This document shows positions 1 to 12,625 of a stretch of DNA of 64,000 bases, piece by piece. Origin of the DNA: Chiloscyllium plagiosum (taxonomy: Eukaryota); the NCBI RefSeq assembly GCF_004010195.1, contig NC_057719.1:33317520-33381519 (forward strand), written 5' to 3'. How positions within the stretch are numbered: the first letter of the stretch is position 1; each line of letters starts with the position of its first letter. The notes below the pieces were generated by a model. The model saw only the letters and a list, made by a program, of their open reading frames with translations, ran no database searches and was not told the DNA's origin. The position numbers and the translations under genes are program-made.

Positions 1-723
1 AGAAAAAGATTTTTTTCCCCAATTTTGTTCACACCATGTAAATTGAAGGAAGGAGTGTGAGATCCAAATTTCTCAGATTGAAATAGGTTTAAAACAAATC
101 ACTACAAAAGTTAACAATCTTAGTTGAATGTTAAGTGTTTGAAATAGAGTTAAAAGGGACAGAATAATTATTAAAGTACAAGCTTATTGAGAATGAAATT
201 ATAACGCATGTAATCTTCTAATTCAAAGCATCACTGAAGAACAACATAGCCATTGAGACTTAAATAATTAACAACCACCAGCGTCGCCTGTATAGCTTTC
301 TCTGAAATCAACATATTTCAATGTAATTAAAATGTATAGCTGGTCAATGGCTGCTAAAAGTTACACAAGGTCTCTTTAGTAGCCTCTAATTATTCAATGG
401 TAGACACAAATTGTAATTAAAGAGACCTGGGAACAAACAACTTGCAACTGAAGCACTTAGTTACAGTCAATACCTGTATATCAAAGTCACTGCAAGACAT
501 TGCAGACTGATAGTTAGTGTACAAGCAGTACTATGCATTAGATTCAGAATACTGCACACTTGCAATAATCTAGTGATGTACTCATTAATGAGTTTCCACT
601 TCATTATACAAAAAAAATCACAGACTTGGTGCCAAACAGTTGTCTTCCCTTTGATCTAAAAGCTCATTGTGAGAGGTAATGTCATGAATTCACAGTCATG
701 TTTGTAAGCTCTGCTACACCTTA

Positions 724-942
724 TGAAATAACTCCATAGAGGCTGGTATCCCATCACCAAGTCACCCTTTATTCTCATGTGTTTTGTACTTAACACTGGT
801 CTGGTTTCCTCAAAGCTAGCTGTCAGAGTGAACAGAAACACTGACAGTCCTGTTTACATCTGTCAGGAACAGGTTAACAGCCCCAGTCAGGGAACTCATA
901 TTCTACGAGGTGCACATGGTTGACCTCATTGTAAACATTACA
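724..942 (-). mobile_element. Candidate solo LTR
   Basis: Minus strand starts TGTAAT and ends TTTCA, with AATAAA about 45 nt from the 3' end; about 220 bp; no clean TSD. Confidence 0.4.
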
Positions 943-1267
943 TCGTACTTTAGAACAAGACTTCAACCCATGAAAAGATGCAGCTCCTGTTGTGCTTTAC
1001 ACAGGGAAGGAGTATCACTTGCTCATCTATATGCAGGATTAATAAACCAGCTTTATTTATGGCTCCCCAATAGAGAGAGCAACAGAGAGGGCAATAGAAC
1101 AAAATGCGCAGAATGCACAATATAGCACAAACCCGCCTGCTTTAAAAAGAATTGTACATTTAAAAAAAGATGGCACGTGCACAGAATTTCCCAGAATACA
1201 ATATGACCATACCAACAATTGCATATTTGTTTTTACTGTAATTACAAACAGACGTGTCACTATGTCT

Positions 1268-1410
1268 AGGGGTGCGCAGGATGGTGAATTGGTCATGGGA
1301 AATACAGGGTTACACGGATAATGTAGGGGGTAGGTCTGGTTGGGAAGCTACTCAGAGGTTAGGATGGACTCAATGGGCCAAATATCCTTTGTCCATACTG
1401 TAGGGATTTT
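1268..1410 (+). mobile_element. Degenerate 3' part of HE1-type SINE
   Basis: Similar to the 3' half of the young SINE at 47257-47606 (ggtgaattggtcatg...gggccaaa...ccatactgtagggatt). Confidence 0.5.
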
Positions 1411-1759
1411 ATTTGACTTGATTTATTATTTTGAACATGTGGGCGAAGTAGGGCGTAGAACTGTAATTCTCTGAGGTCCTGATGGATGGGGTGGTGTAGA
1501 GGACGGGCATACACTTCCCAGAGCACTGCTGGAGAAGGCCATGCCACCAGACCCTGGCAACTTGGCTGGAGGTTGTCATCTTAGTCACTGCCATCTCAAC
1601 CGTGTGCAAGAATGACAAGAGATGCCGTAAGAAGTTCAATGCCGTTCTCCACTCTGCCAAGGTAAGTGCCACATTCATCTCTGCAGCTCACATGCACCTT
1701 TGCCCTGCTACTACGAGATAGTGAGGGCTGCAGATGCTGGAGAAGTCAGAGTTGGTAAA

Positions 1760-1795
1760 ATTCCTGAAGAAGGGCCTGTGCCCGAAACGTCGAAT
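1760..1795 (+). ncRNA. Minimal type I hammerhead ribozyme motif (best copy)
   Basis: AUUC-CUGAAGA-A-GGGC(CUGU)GCCC-GAAA-CGUC-GAAU: helix I AUUC/GAAU, helix II GGGC/GCCC, palindromic ACGU helix III; predicted cut after C1791. Confidence 0.8.
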
Positions 1796-1891
1796 CTCCT
1801 GTTCCCTGGATGCTGCCTGACCTGCTGTGCTGTTCCAGCAATAAAGTTTCAACTTTGATCTCCAGCATCTGCAGACCTCACTTTCTCCTCC
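1760..1891 (+). mobile_element. Young PLE terminal-repeat insertion nested in an older copy
   Basis: 8-bp TSD ttggtaaa (1752-1759, 1892-1899); ends in the family 3' terminus ctcactttctcctc; CpGs retained. Confidence 0.85.
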
Positions 1892-4129
1892 TTGGTAAAG
1901 TGTGGCATTGGAAAAAGCACAGCAGGTCAGACAACATCTGAAGAGCAAGAGAGTCAATGTTTCAGTCATAGCCATGCAGTCCTGATGAAGAGTTATGCCT
2001 GGAATATTGATTCACTTGCTCCCTAGATGCTGCCTGGCCTGCTGCACTTTTTCCAGCACTACGCTACTATACCCACCTCCTACCAAGGCTCATATTCTAT
2101 CACTCTTACTATCGCCTGCAACAACTTTTCTCACTTGCTTTGATCACCATTAATCTGTGCATCCCTTCCCCTGTACAGACCTCCACATATAGCCCCTCCT
2201 CCTTCCCTGGCCCATACTAATCTCACATTCTGTGTACCCATCATAGCCTCCGCTACTCACTTATTCTGAATACCTTACCATTCCACTCGCAACAGCAGGA
2301 AAAACTCTGCTACTTACTTTCAGTTCAGTCAGTCCCTCCTTTTCAGTACAGGTGGATGCAACCCACAATAAATCAGGAAAGGTCCAGACAGAAAGAGGCG
2401 AACCAGACATTCAACTCCTCAGTCCTGGTGTGGAGAGATTCTAGGCCCTCTCAGGATAGAATTGGGAAAACTTCCACAGGGATGTCAATATACCCATGTC
2501 AAACCATCTGAGTAATCACATTCTTCATTCTACAACTCTCACATTAACTTCATTGTCAATGTCAGTCACTGCATACTGCAACTAACCACATTCTCTTTTC
2601 TCTTGCAAGTAACGCCAACATCTCCACCAGTTCCATGGTAAAATAGCCTGCTCTCCCAGACACCAACTACTCAAGCCCCGGGGAGCACCCAGCACACCCA
2701 GAAGTGCACACTCTGATGCGTCACTCGGAAGATTAGCTTTCGAATGGTAGGGAGCATAAACTCATGAATTTGTCAGCTCCACTGCTGGTCCAGGAGGAGA
2801 TACCTCAGGCTGGTCAGAACACAGAGGGCTGCTGGAGTGCAGGCACTGTTCAGTGCCACGCAAAAGAGGATCCTGTGGTGTCAGTCATCAGGGACTTTGT
2901 CCAAATGCACAGAAAAGCAGACATATATGTGGGACACTAAGGCCCTCACTGTCCAGAAGCTGCAGCAGTACAGAATGATGTGGCCATCTCTCTGCCTCTA
3001 TGGCCAGATTGGTGTCTGCCATGGAGAGCTAGGCCCAGATTCCTCAGGGGCTGCTGGAGAGGGGCGACAACTACAACTCATCGCCCACTCCCAGCCCATT
3101 GGTCCTCAGGACTGAAGTTATGGCAAACAGGGGCATGGGGAACCTGGTGTGCACTCCAGTTGTCCTTTCCTCGCTCAGGACAGGTCAGGAAAATCCACTG
3201 GTGGTCAGGCCTTTCAGCTCCATGCTGCCTGCCACCCTCCAACTCTTGGGGTTGAAGCCAAGGCGGGTTAACTTGCCTCTGGCTCGCAGCCCTTCAGTAT
3301 GTCTTGAAAGATTCCACACCATCTGCCCTGCTTGCCTGACCAAACCTTCTTGGTAACCAGGCTCCACTGTAGAGCAGGCTCCCTCTCCCCCAGCTAAGGA
3401 ACCAGGGCTGACACTAAGATACAATGGGAGTGAAAGGAAAAGGAAAACATACTGAGGGCTCATTAGTGGCACACATTACATTGAACTTCACAATGAAGTT
3501 CATTTGTATAAGGTCCATTGTCTTGCCAGTACATTTGTTTCCTTGAGTCTCCGTATAGCCAAGAATATATCAGTGCTAGCATTATACCTCATGTCATGTC
3601 CATACAGGATATCAATGGGTCAATGTCTGTGTTGAGAGTCTGCTGAGCATCTGGAAGCAAGAGGAACAAGTCTTTCTGACACCATTTCCCTTTATCCTAT
3701 GACATCTCTATTCTTGCCCTGGCTTCTGAATTCAAAAGAGTTTGTTTGAATGCGGTGGTCAGAGATATCTGGGGCAGAGAGGTGTGCAGCACACAGGGAA
3801 CATTAATATCCTCAGGCACTGGGGACTCTTCTGATGAATCAAATGAATTGTGGAAGATAATTCTCACCCAACATTGGAGTTACCTTTGTTTTGTTTAGTG
3901 TACTAGACAAGACTAACACAGACTCAATGGTAGGCAACCATGATTATAAAGTTATTCATACCTCCCTAAAAGGGAAGGATGCAGAAAGGACAATATAACA
4001 AGATGATCAGATGGTACATTATACTGCAGTTTCAACATTTTACTTGCTTGAAAGTAACAATTTGTGAAACTTTATTATTGCACAATAATGTGAATTGAAG
4101 TAGAATGGGAAAGCATGGTGCAATGTAGA

Positions 4130-4313
4130 GCAGTCCAAAGATGTGCAGGTCAGGTGAATTGGCCACGCTAAATTGCCCATAGTGTTGGGTGCATTAGTCA
4201 GCGGGAAATGAGTCTGGGTGTGTTACTCTTCGGAGGGTCGGTGTGGACTCATTGGGCCAAAGAGCCTGTTTCCACACTGTAGGGAATCTAATCTAATCTA
4301 ATCTAATCTAATC
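4130..4313 (+). mobile_element. 5'-truncated HE1-type SINE
   Basis: Matches the 3' half of 47257-47606; (ATCTA)n tail. Confidence 0.85.
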
Positions 4314-6595
4314 TTGAAAGATAACTCCTGCATTTGCAGCAATCAAACAGCAGTCAGGCTGTAGCATGCGTTTCAATTCAAACTAATCACGATATTGGTC
4401 CTTTGAAAGACAATGAATATTTTGTACATTAACCCCAACTTCAAGTGCTGATTTTTTAAAAATTATCGTTGGTAATTTTTTTAATTGATCAGAGCTGGCA
4501 TTGAAAAGTTAAATAAGGTAAACCTTTAGATTTGTTTTTTTTTGTTTTGAGATTAGTAAAAATTAGCAAATGATATTAGACATTGTTCTGTAAATAGGGC
4601 ATAAAAGTAGTTTTCAAAATTGTGAAACATTCATGGTGGTTAACCATATGTGAAGAAAGTAAATGATATGTGGAAGCCAAAAAGTGACAATTGACTCAAG
4701 ATCAAATCTCAACAAACATATCAGCATTTGCATTAATCGTTCACAGGAGTAGATCTATTCTTCGAATATAGATTGTTTTTGCCCACACTTCAGTGATAAA
4801 ACTGTCATTAAAACAATCAAATTAAAGCCATTAAAAGTTCAATAAATGTAATCCAAGTCCCATTCAAGCTCTCGTTACAAGATTGAAGATTATTTATTCT
4901 ATTGAAGAGCTCCAAAAAAAAGTACACAGGGGAATATTCTGTACTTATTACATTTTTCAGAGGAAGTCCATCAATGAACATATTTTATTTCTGATGTTTG
5001 TGGTTAGAATTAATGAAAATATAGCTTAGGAATAAAATGAATGGTTCACTTTCATTGTGGTTTCTTCAGAATAAAATTTTTCACGTACATGAAGCTCAAC
5101 CACATTTTTGTTCTCAATGTGTGTATTTTCTTCATATGAAGCAGTTGTCTTCACTTGCTTCATTAGCCCTAAGGAATAGATTTGTTTTGTGCTCCTTGTA
5201 CTTAAGCTTCACTTAGTTGAGAGAGGAAGATAGATGAACTGTTCATTGGCTGGTGCCAGAGCTCTTCTCTCATCATTCATTAGGATGGATGCAAGAACAA
5301 AGAGACAGTGATCTGTTTGCCATCTTTCTTGATTGCATTGGGGGGATTTATGTACACACTCAGAAGTGGAATGCCAAAATGCCCTTGACAATGTAATTTA
5401 AGAGGTTGCAGATTGTCCTTTCTGTTCATGAAAATTCCAAAAACTGATAACTCGTTATGCAAGGATGTTAGGACACAACTATTATGTTTTAATTGTAGTT
5501 TAATAATCTGAAACAGAGTTAATCTTTCTCATTCTATTGGAGAATGTGTTCTAACACTGGACATTCCAGTAAAAGTGATCATGCAGGTGCTGGAAATTTG
5601 AAATATAGAGAGAAAATTTCATAAATATATAACACAGTCAAAATTTGGAAAGAGAAACACAACACTTAATTTCACATCAAATTTCCATTACTCCTGGGAG
5701 ATTGAAAAAAGGTTTCTGTCTTGCAGATACAATTCAACTTGCTGTATATTTTTAGCATCAGCTCCAGTGATGAATAGGAGGTCTTTACAATGAAATCTGA
5801 AAAAAGCTTCTCAATTGGAAATGCTAGAGGAAGTGTCATTACGCTACTGATGAAAGATTGGGAAAAATAAGATAATCAAAAGAGGAGGATATATCTACAA
5901 CATATGTAACTCATACATTCCTATGGAGTTCCATCACCTTCCTTACTTCCATAAACTAATTTATCAATTTTTGAAAATGAATTAATAAAGTTACAATAGT
6001 TTTAGTAATGACATCCCATAAAGCTATCCAAAAGATTTTGTAAATCGAAAATTATTATTTTTTATTTCTTATTTTTTGGAACTTGACCCATTGGTTTTCT
6101 GGAATGAGACCACAATTGATTTCATTAATTTTTATGAACTTCCAGTCATAGAGTCACAGAGATGTACAGCATGGAAACAGACCCTTCGGTCCAACTCGTC
6201 CATGTCAACCAGATATCCCAACCCAATCTAGTCCCATTTGCCAGCCCTTGGCCCATATCCCTCTAAACACTTCATATTCATATAGCCATCCAAGTGCCTT
6301 TTAAATGCTGTAATTGTACCAGCCTGCACCACTTCCTCTGGCAGCTCATTCCATACACGTACCACCCTCTGCGTCCCTTTTATATCTTTCCCCTTTCACC
6401 CTAAACCTGTGCCCCCTAATTCTGGACTCCTCTACCCCAGGGAAAAGACCTTCTCTATTTAACCTATCCATGCCCCTCATGATTTTATAAACCTCTATAA
6501 AGTCACCCCTCAGCCTCCCACACTCCAGGGAGAACAGCCCCAGCCTATTCAGCCTATCCCTGTAGCTCAAATCCTCCAACCCTGGCAACATCTTG

Positions 6596-7689
6596 ACACC
6601 AAGAACAGCTACGTAAGTATCCTACTCATTGACTACAGTTCAGTCTTCAACACTATTATCCCCTCGAGACTGATTACTAAACTTAGTGATCTCAGACTAA
6701 GCCCCATTATCTGCAACTGGGTCCATAGTTTCCTGACTCACAGGCCACAATCAGTGAAGATTGAGGACAATATTTCATCCTCACTAACACTCAACACTGG
6801 AGTCCCCAGGAGTGTGTACTCAGCCCTCTACTGTACTTATTATATGCCCATGACTGAGTCGCCAAATATCAGATTAATGCCATTTACAAGTTCGCTGATG
6901 ACACCAACATAGTCAGTCAAATCTCAGATGGCAATGAAGCCGACTACAGAGAGGATGTGGAAGACCCGGGAAAATGGTGCAGTGAGAACAACCTCGCTCT
7001 CAATGCCAGCAAAACCGGGATGTTACTCATCCTACACATTAACAGCACAGAGGTGGAACAAGTGGAGAGTGTCACGCTCCTGGGAATGGTCATCCACAAC
7101 AAGCTTTCTTGGACTCTTCACTGGTTACAAAGGCCCAATAACATCTCTTCTTCCTCAGGCAGCTGAGGAAATTTGGTATAACGGCAAATACCTTGCCAAC
7201 CTTTATAGGTGCGCCATTGAGAGCATTCTGTCTGGATGTATCACTACCTGGTATGGCAACTGTACCATTCAAGATCGGAGATGGTTACAGAGAGTGGTGA
7301 ACTCAGCCTGGACAATCACCAAGGCCAACCTCTCATCTATAGAATCCATCTGCCAGGTCCACTGTCAAATAAAGTCACCAGCATTCTCAAAGATCCATCT
7401 CACCCTGGCAATATTTTTCTACAAACCTCCACCATCGGGGAGAATATACAGAAGCCTGAACACATGCACCAGCCGGTTTCGCAACTGTTTCTACCCTACT
7501 GTTGTTGGAATACTGAAGGGGCTCACAAACTCTTAACATTCGCCAGTACTTGTATTTTTGTTTTTGCAGCTGTTTACCTATTATTTATTTTCTATGCTAC
7601 TTAACTCTGTGATCTGTCTTGTATTGCTCACAAGTCAAAACTTTTCACTGTGCCTCAGTATACATGACAATAAATTTAATTCAATTCAA
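6596..7689 (+). mobile_element. 5'-truncated Rex1/Babar-type LINE
   Basis: KFADD motif; C-terminal LYRCAIESILSGCITTWYGNC...LQRVV; AATAAA then (AATTC)n tail; splits the CR1. Confidence 0.85.
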
Positions 7690-8950
7690 TCCTTGCAAAT
7701 CTTTTCTGAACCCTTTCAAGTTTCACACCATCCTTCTGATAGGAAGGAGACTAAGATTGCAAGATTCCAAAAGTAGCCTAACCAATGTCCCGTACCAGAA
7801 CATGATCTTCCAACTCCTGTACTCAATGCTCTGATCAAAAAAGAAAAGCATACCAAACACCTTCTTCACTGTCCTCTATACCTGTAACTCCATTTTCAAG
7901 GAACTATGAATCTGCACTTCAAGGTCTTTTTGTTCAGCAACCCTCCCCAGGACCTTACCATTAAGAGTATAAGTTCTGCTCTGATTTGCTTTCCCAAAAT
8001 GCAGCACCTCGCATTTATCTAAATTAAATTCCATCTGCCACTCCTCAGACCATTGGCCCATCTGATCAAGATCCTGTAGGACTCTGAGGTAATCTCCTTC
8101 GTTGTCCACTACACCTCCAATTTTGGTGTCATCTGCAAACTTACTGACTATATCTCTTATGATTACATTCAATTCATTTATATAAATGACGAAACATAGT
8201 TTTGATCCTTGTGACACTCCACTGGTCACAGGCCTCCAGTCTGAAAAGCAACCCTGCTCCACCACCCTCTGTCTTCTACCTTTGAGCCAGTTATGTACCT
8301 AAATGGCTACTTCTCCCTGTATTCCATGAAGTCTAACCTTGCTAACTATCTCATGAGGAACCTTGTCAAACGCCTTACTGAGTCCATATAGATCATGTCC
8401 ACCTCTCTGCCCTCATCAATCCTCTTAGTTATTTCTGCAAAAATCTCAATCAAGTTCGTGAGACATGATTTCCCATGCACAAAGCCATGTTGACTATCCC
8501 TAATGAGTCCTTGCTTTTTCAAATACATGTAAATCCTATCCCTGAGAATTCCCTCCAATAACTTGTCCACCACCAATGTCAGGCTCACTGGTCTATAGTT
8601 CCTGGGCTTGTCCTTACCACCTTTCTTAAACAGTGGCACGACGTTAACCAACCTCCAGTCTTCTGGCCCCTCACCTGTGATTATTGATGATACAAATATC
8701 TCAGCAAGGGGCCCAGCAATCACTTCCCTAGCATCCCCCGAAGTTCTAGGGTACACCTGATCAGGTCCTGGGGATTTATCCACTATTATACTTTCAAGAC
8801 ATCCAGCATCCCCTCTTCTGTAATATGAACATATTTCAAGATGTCACCATCTATTTCTCCACATTCCAAATGTTCCATGTCCTTCTCCGCAGTAACCATT
8901 GATCTACTGTGGCTCCACACATAGGGTGCCTTGCTGATCCTTGAGGGGCC

Positions 8951-9069
8951 AAAGAGTGTGGTGCTGGAAAAGCACAGCTAGGCAGGCAGTATCCGAGGAG
9001 CAGCAGAGTCGATATTTTGAGCAGAAGGAATTTTGATGTCCAGCATCTGCAGTCCTCACTTTACCCTAC
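8951..9069 (+). mobile_element. Short fold-back PLE-derived insertion (family 1)
   Basis: 17-bp TSD ctgatc(c/t)ttgaggggcc at 8934-8950 and 9070-9086; family terminus cagcatctgcagtcctcacttt. Confidence 0.85.
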
Positions 9070-9429
9070 CTGATCTTTGAGGGGCCCTATTCTCTCCTTC
9101 GTTGCCCTTTTGTCCTTAATATATTTTTAAAAATCCTTTGGATTCTCCTTAACCCTATTTGCCAAAGCTATCGCATGTCCCCTTTTTGGCCTCCTGATTT
9201 CCCTCAAGTATACTCCTACTGTCTTTATACTCTTCTAATCATTCACTAGATCTCTCCTGTCTATACCTGACATATGCTTCCTTCTTTTTCTTAACCAAAA
9301 CCTCAATTTCTCTGGTCACCCGACATTCTCTACACCTACCAGCCTTTCCTTTCACTCAAATAGGAATATACTGTCCCTAGACTCTCATTATCTCATTTTT
9401 GGAGGCTTCTTATTTTCCAGCCGTCTCTT

Positions 9430-10754
9430 CATCATTAAGTGCTTTGAGAGACTCATGTTGAGGCATATTTAGACCTTGCCAACCCCCTTACTGGACATCC
9501 TGCAGTTTGCATGTCATCCAAATCGCTCAACAGGTGATGCCATTTCCACCACCCTCCATCTGGCCCTCATCCATCTGGAGAAGGACACCTACATCAGACT
9601 ACTGTGCATCAACTTCAGTTCTGCATTTAACACTATCATTCTTCAGCACCTGAGTGGAAAGCTGAGTCTGCTGGGCTTGAATGACCTCCCTTTGTAACTG
9701 GATCCTAGATTTCCTGACTGGGATACCTAAGTCAGCCCGAATTGGAAACAGCATCTCCAACACCATCACACTGAGCACAGGGGCTTCCCAGGGCTGTGTG
9801 TTCAGTACACTGCTGTTCACCCTGCTGACACACAACTGTGTAGTGATGCACAGGTCCAATCATATCATCACATTCGCTGATGATACAACTGTCGTGGGTC
9901 TCATCAGCACGAGCGACGTGTCAGCATACAAAGAGGAGGTGCAGCAGCTAACAGACTGGTGCAAAGCCAACAACCTTTCTCTGAACATGGACAAAATGAA
10001 AGAGATGGTTGTTGCCTTCAGGAAGGCACAGAGCGACCACTCTCCATAGAGATCGTGAAGAGCACCAAATTTCTTGGCCTACACCTGGCGGAGAATCTCA
10101 CCTGACCTCTCAGCACCAGATCCATAGCCAAGAAAGTCAAGCAGTGTCTCTACTTTCTGTGTAGGCTGAGGAAAGCCCACCTCCCAACCTTCATCATCAC
10201 CACGTTCTACAGAGGGTACATTGAGAATATCCTGAGCTGCTGCATCACTGCCTCGATCGGGAATTGCACTGTCTCGGATTGTAAGACCCTACAACGGATA
10301 GTGAGGACAGCTGAGAGGATCATCGGGGTCTCTCTTCCCTCCATTACAGACATTTAGTCCACATCCAAAAGGATAAGAGCATTGTGGAAGTCCCTCACTC
10401 AAACTCCTATCCTTCCTGCCATCTGGCAGAAGATACCGGAGCTTTCGGTCTCTCATGGCCAGACTGTGCAACAATTTCTTCCCGTAAGCCATCAGGCTCC
10501 TTTCCACTGTATGATCAGACTCTTTCCCATCTGAAATACTTTGCACAACTTTGAATTGCTGCTAGAAAGATGTGTATTATTTATCATTCTTCTGTTACAC
10601 TGTAACTTGTGTATTTTGCACTATTTGTGCACTTTATACCATGTAAGATTGTGTAGTTTATGCTGTCCATGTAGCACCCTCGGTACTGGAGGAATGCTAT
10701 CTTGTTTTTACTGTTATATATGGTAGAAATGACAAATAAAAGCTACTCTACTCT
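9430..10754 (+). mobile_element. 5'-truncated Rex1/Babar-type LINE (second family)
   Basis: [36 protein letters not shown] motifs; AATAAA then (CTACT)n tail; splits the CR1. Confidence 0.85.
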
Positions 10755-11488
10755 ACCTGCAAACATTTGCCTCCAATCAGCTTTTGAAAGTTCTTGCCGA
10801 ATACCATCAATATTAGCCTTCTTCCAATTTAGAACTTCAACTTTTAGATCTGGTCTATCCTTTTCCATCACTATTTTAAAACTAATGGCTGGCCCCAGAG
10901 TGCTCCCCCACTGACACCTCAGTCACCTGCCCTGCCTTATTTTCCAAGAGTCGGTCAAGTTTTGCACCTTCTCCAGTGGGTACACCCATATCCTGAATCA
11001 GAAAATATTCTTGTACACACTTGATAAATTCCTCTCCATCTGAACCTTTAACACTATGGCAGTACCAGTCTCTGTTTGGCAAGTTAAAATCCCCGACCAT
11101 ATCCATCCTATTATTCTTACAGTTAACTGAAATCACTTTAGAAATTTGCTTCACAATTTCCCGCTGACTATTAGGGGGTCTATAATAGGATCCCAATAAG
11201 GTGATGATTACTTTCTTATTTCTCAGTTCTACCCAAATATCCCGGAATATCCTCCATAAGTACAGCAGTAATAATATCCCTTATCAAACGTGCCACTCCC
11301 TCTCCTCTCTTGCTCCCCTTTCTATCCTGCCTACAGCATTTGTGTCCTGAAACATTAAGTTGCCAACAAATTCTGCCTTAGCAGGTTGTTTTTTCTTATC
11401 ATTACTGAAATTACCTTGTTTTAGCTTCTGCTTTTTTTTTGTCAGAAGTCACACAACACCAGGTTATAGTTCGATGGGTTTACTTTTA

Positions 11489-11525
11489 ATCAAAACTTTT
11501 GGAGCACAGCTCCTTCATCAGGTGA
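11489..11525 (-). ncRNA. Hammerhead motif, family 2 (G12 lost, likely CpG decay)
   Basis: UCAC-CUGAUGA-A-GGAGC(UGU)GCUCC-AAAA-G...; the partner arm at 13305-13341 ends AAAAGCUU-GUGA, giving helix I UCAC/GUGA. Confidence 0.55.
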
Positions 11526-12466
11526 AGTGAAGGGAAGCACACAGGCACAGAATTTATATGCAGAGAGATAATGGCAAGGTAATTCCAGGTAATTCAGTGT
11601 CGGAAGATAAACATAAATGGTGTGAGCGAAGTGTCGACGGGCTGAATAACAAGTCCTTGCAGGTAATCAAAAGAGTCAAACGGTATGAGTAAAGTGTCAA
11701 CGGCTGAATAGAAAGTGAAGGGATGACCAATTAATATTTCCAAAAGTGTCAAAAAAGGATAGTGCTGGAGACAAACCAAATGACTGGAGTAACATGATCA
11801 GTGTAAGAGTCACTTGACAAGGGTCTAATCGAAGTAACAAGTAATCCAAAAAACTGTACAAACTAATTTAGGTAGATGATAACAACTTACCAAGGTGATG
11901 GTATCAAAACTTAACAGTAAGGAAGATTGTACAAACACAGAACAGAATGATGGGGTTACATGTAGCACGACATAAACCCAAGATCATGGTTGAGGCCATT
12001 TTCATGGGTACCAAACTTGGTTATCAGTTTATGCTTGGCGATTCTGCATTGTTGTGTATCTTGAAGGCCACCTTGGAGGATGCTTACCTGAAGATTGGAG
12101 GCTGAATGCTCTTGACCACTGAAGTGTTCACTGACTGGGATGGAACACTCCTGCCCGGCGATTGTTGCAGTGTTCACTGTTGTTGTTAGTGTCTGCATGG
12201 TCTTGCTGATCTCCCAGGCCTCGGGGCCTCCTTTCCTACAGAATATAAGATAGGCAACAGTGGCCAAGTCATATGAGTATCTGCCATGTACTTGGTGGGT
12301 AGTGTTCCCAAGTGACATGATAGTATCCATGCCGATGATCTAGCATGTCTTGCAGAGGTTGCAGTGGCAGGGATGTGTGATGTTGTGGTCACTGTTCTCC
12401 TGAAGGCTGGATAGTTTGCTGCAAACCATGGTCTGTTTGATGTGAGGCAGCTGTTTGAAGGAGAGA

Positions 12467-12625
12467 AAACTCAGTCACATTAGGGAGATTTAAACAATCC
12501 TTGGATAAGCACATTGATGATGATGGGATAATGTTGGGGGGGAGCTTTGATTAGTTCACAGGTCAGCGCAACATTGAGGGCCGAAGGGCCTGTTTTGCAC
12601 TGTATTGTTCTATGTTCTATGTTCT
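12467..12625 (+). mobile_element. CR1 3'-end fragment inserted in the PLE
   Basis: ttgagggccgaagggcctgt...(TTCTATG)n tail, similar to the 3' end of the CR1 at 21317. Confidence 0.75.

Larger units (their letters stand above)
1716..2064 (-). mobile_element. Short fold-back PLE-derived element (family 1), older copy
   Basis: Inverted arms (tggaaaaagcacagcaggtcag... / ...ctggcctgctgcactttttcca) around a degenerate ctgatgaag core; interrupted by 1760-1891. Confidence 0.75.
1473..2456 (+). pseudogene. Harbinger/PIF-type Myb/SANT-like (trihelix) gene relic, two exons
   Basis: 1473-1661 reads EVLMDGVV*...TLATWLEVVILVTAISTVCKNDKRCRKKFNAVLHSAK, followed by a GTAAGT donor. After the acceptor at 2351, phase 0 reads VDATHNKSGKVQTERGEPDIQLLSPGVERF*. 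In-frame stops present. Confidence 0.55.
6148..11365 (-). mobile_element. Long CR1 LINE (HER1-like), disrupted, with three nested insertions
   Basis: EN motifs YYRPPNS/VGDFNLP; RT motifs KSPGPDQ, NYRPVSLT, SQHGF, KFADDTK; C-terminal MLPGLEDLSYRDRL; sequence continues across the 6596, 8951 and 9430 insertions. Confidence 0.9.

Noticed and set aside
5580..5760. Very degenerate fold-back element of the third family
   Set aside because: Only faint arm similarity, with no TSD or ribozyme core left, so too weak to annotate.
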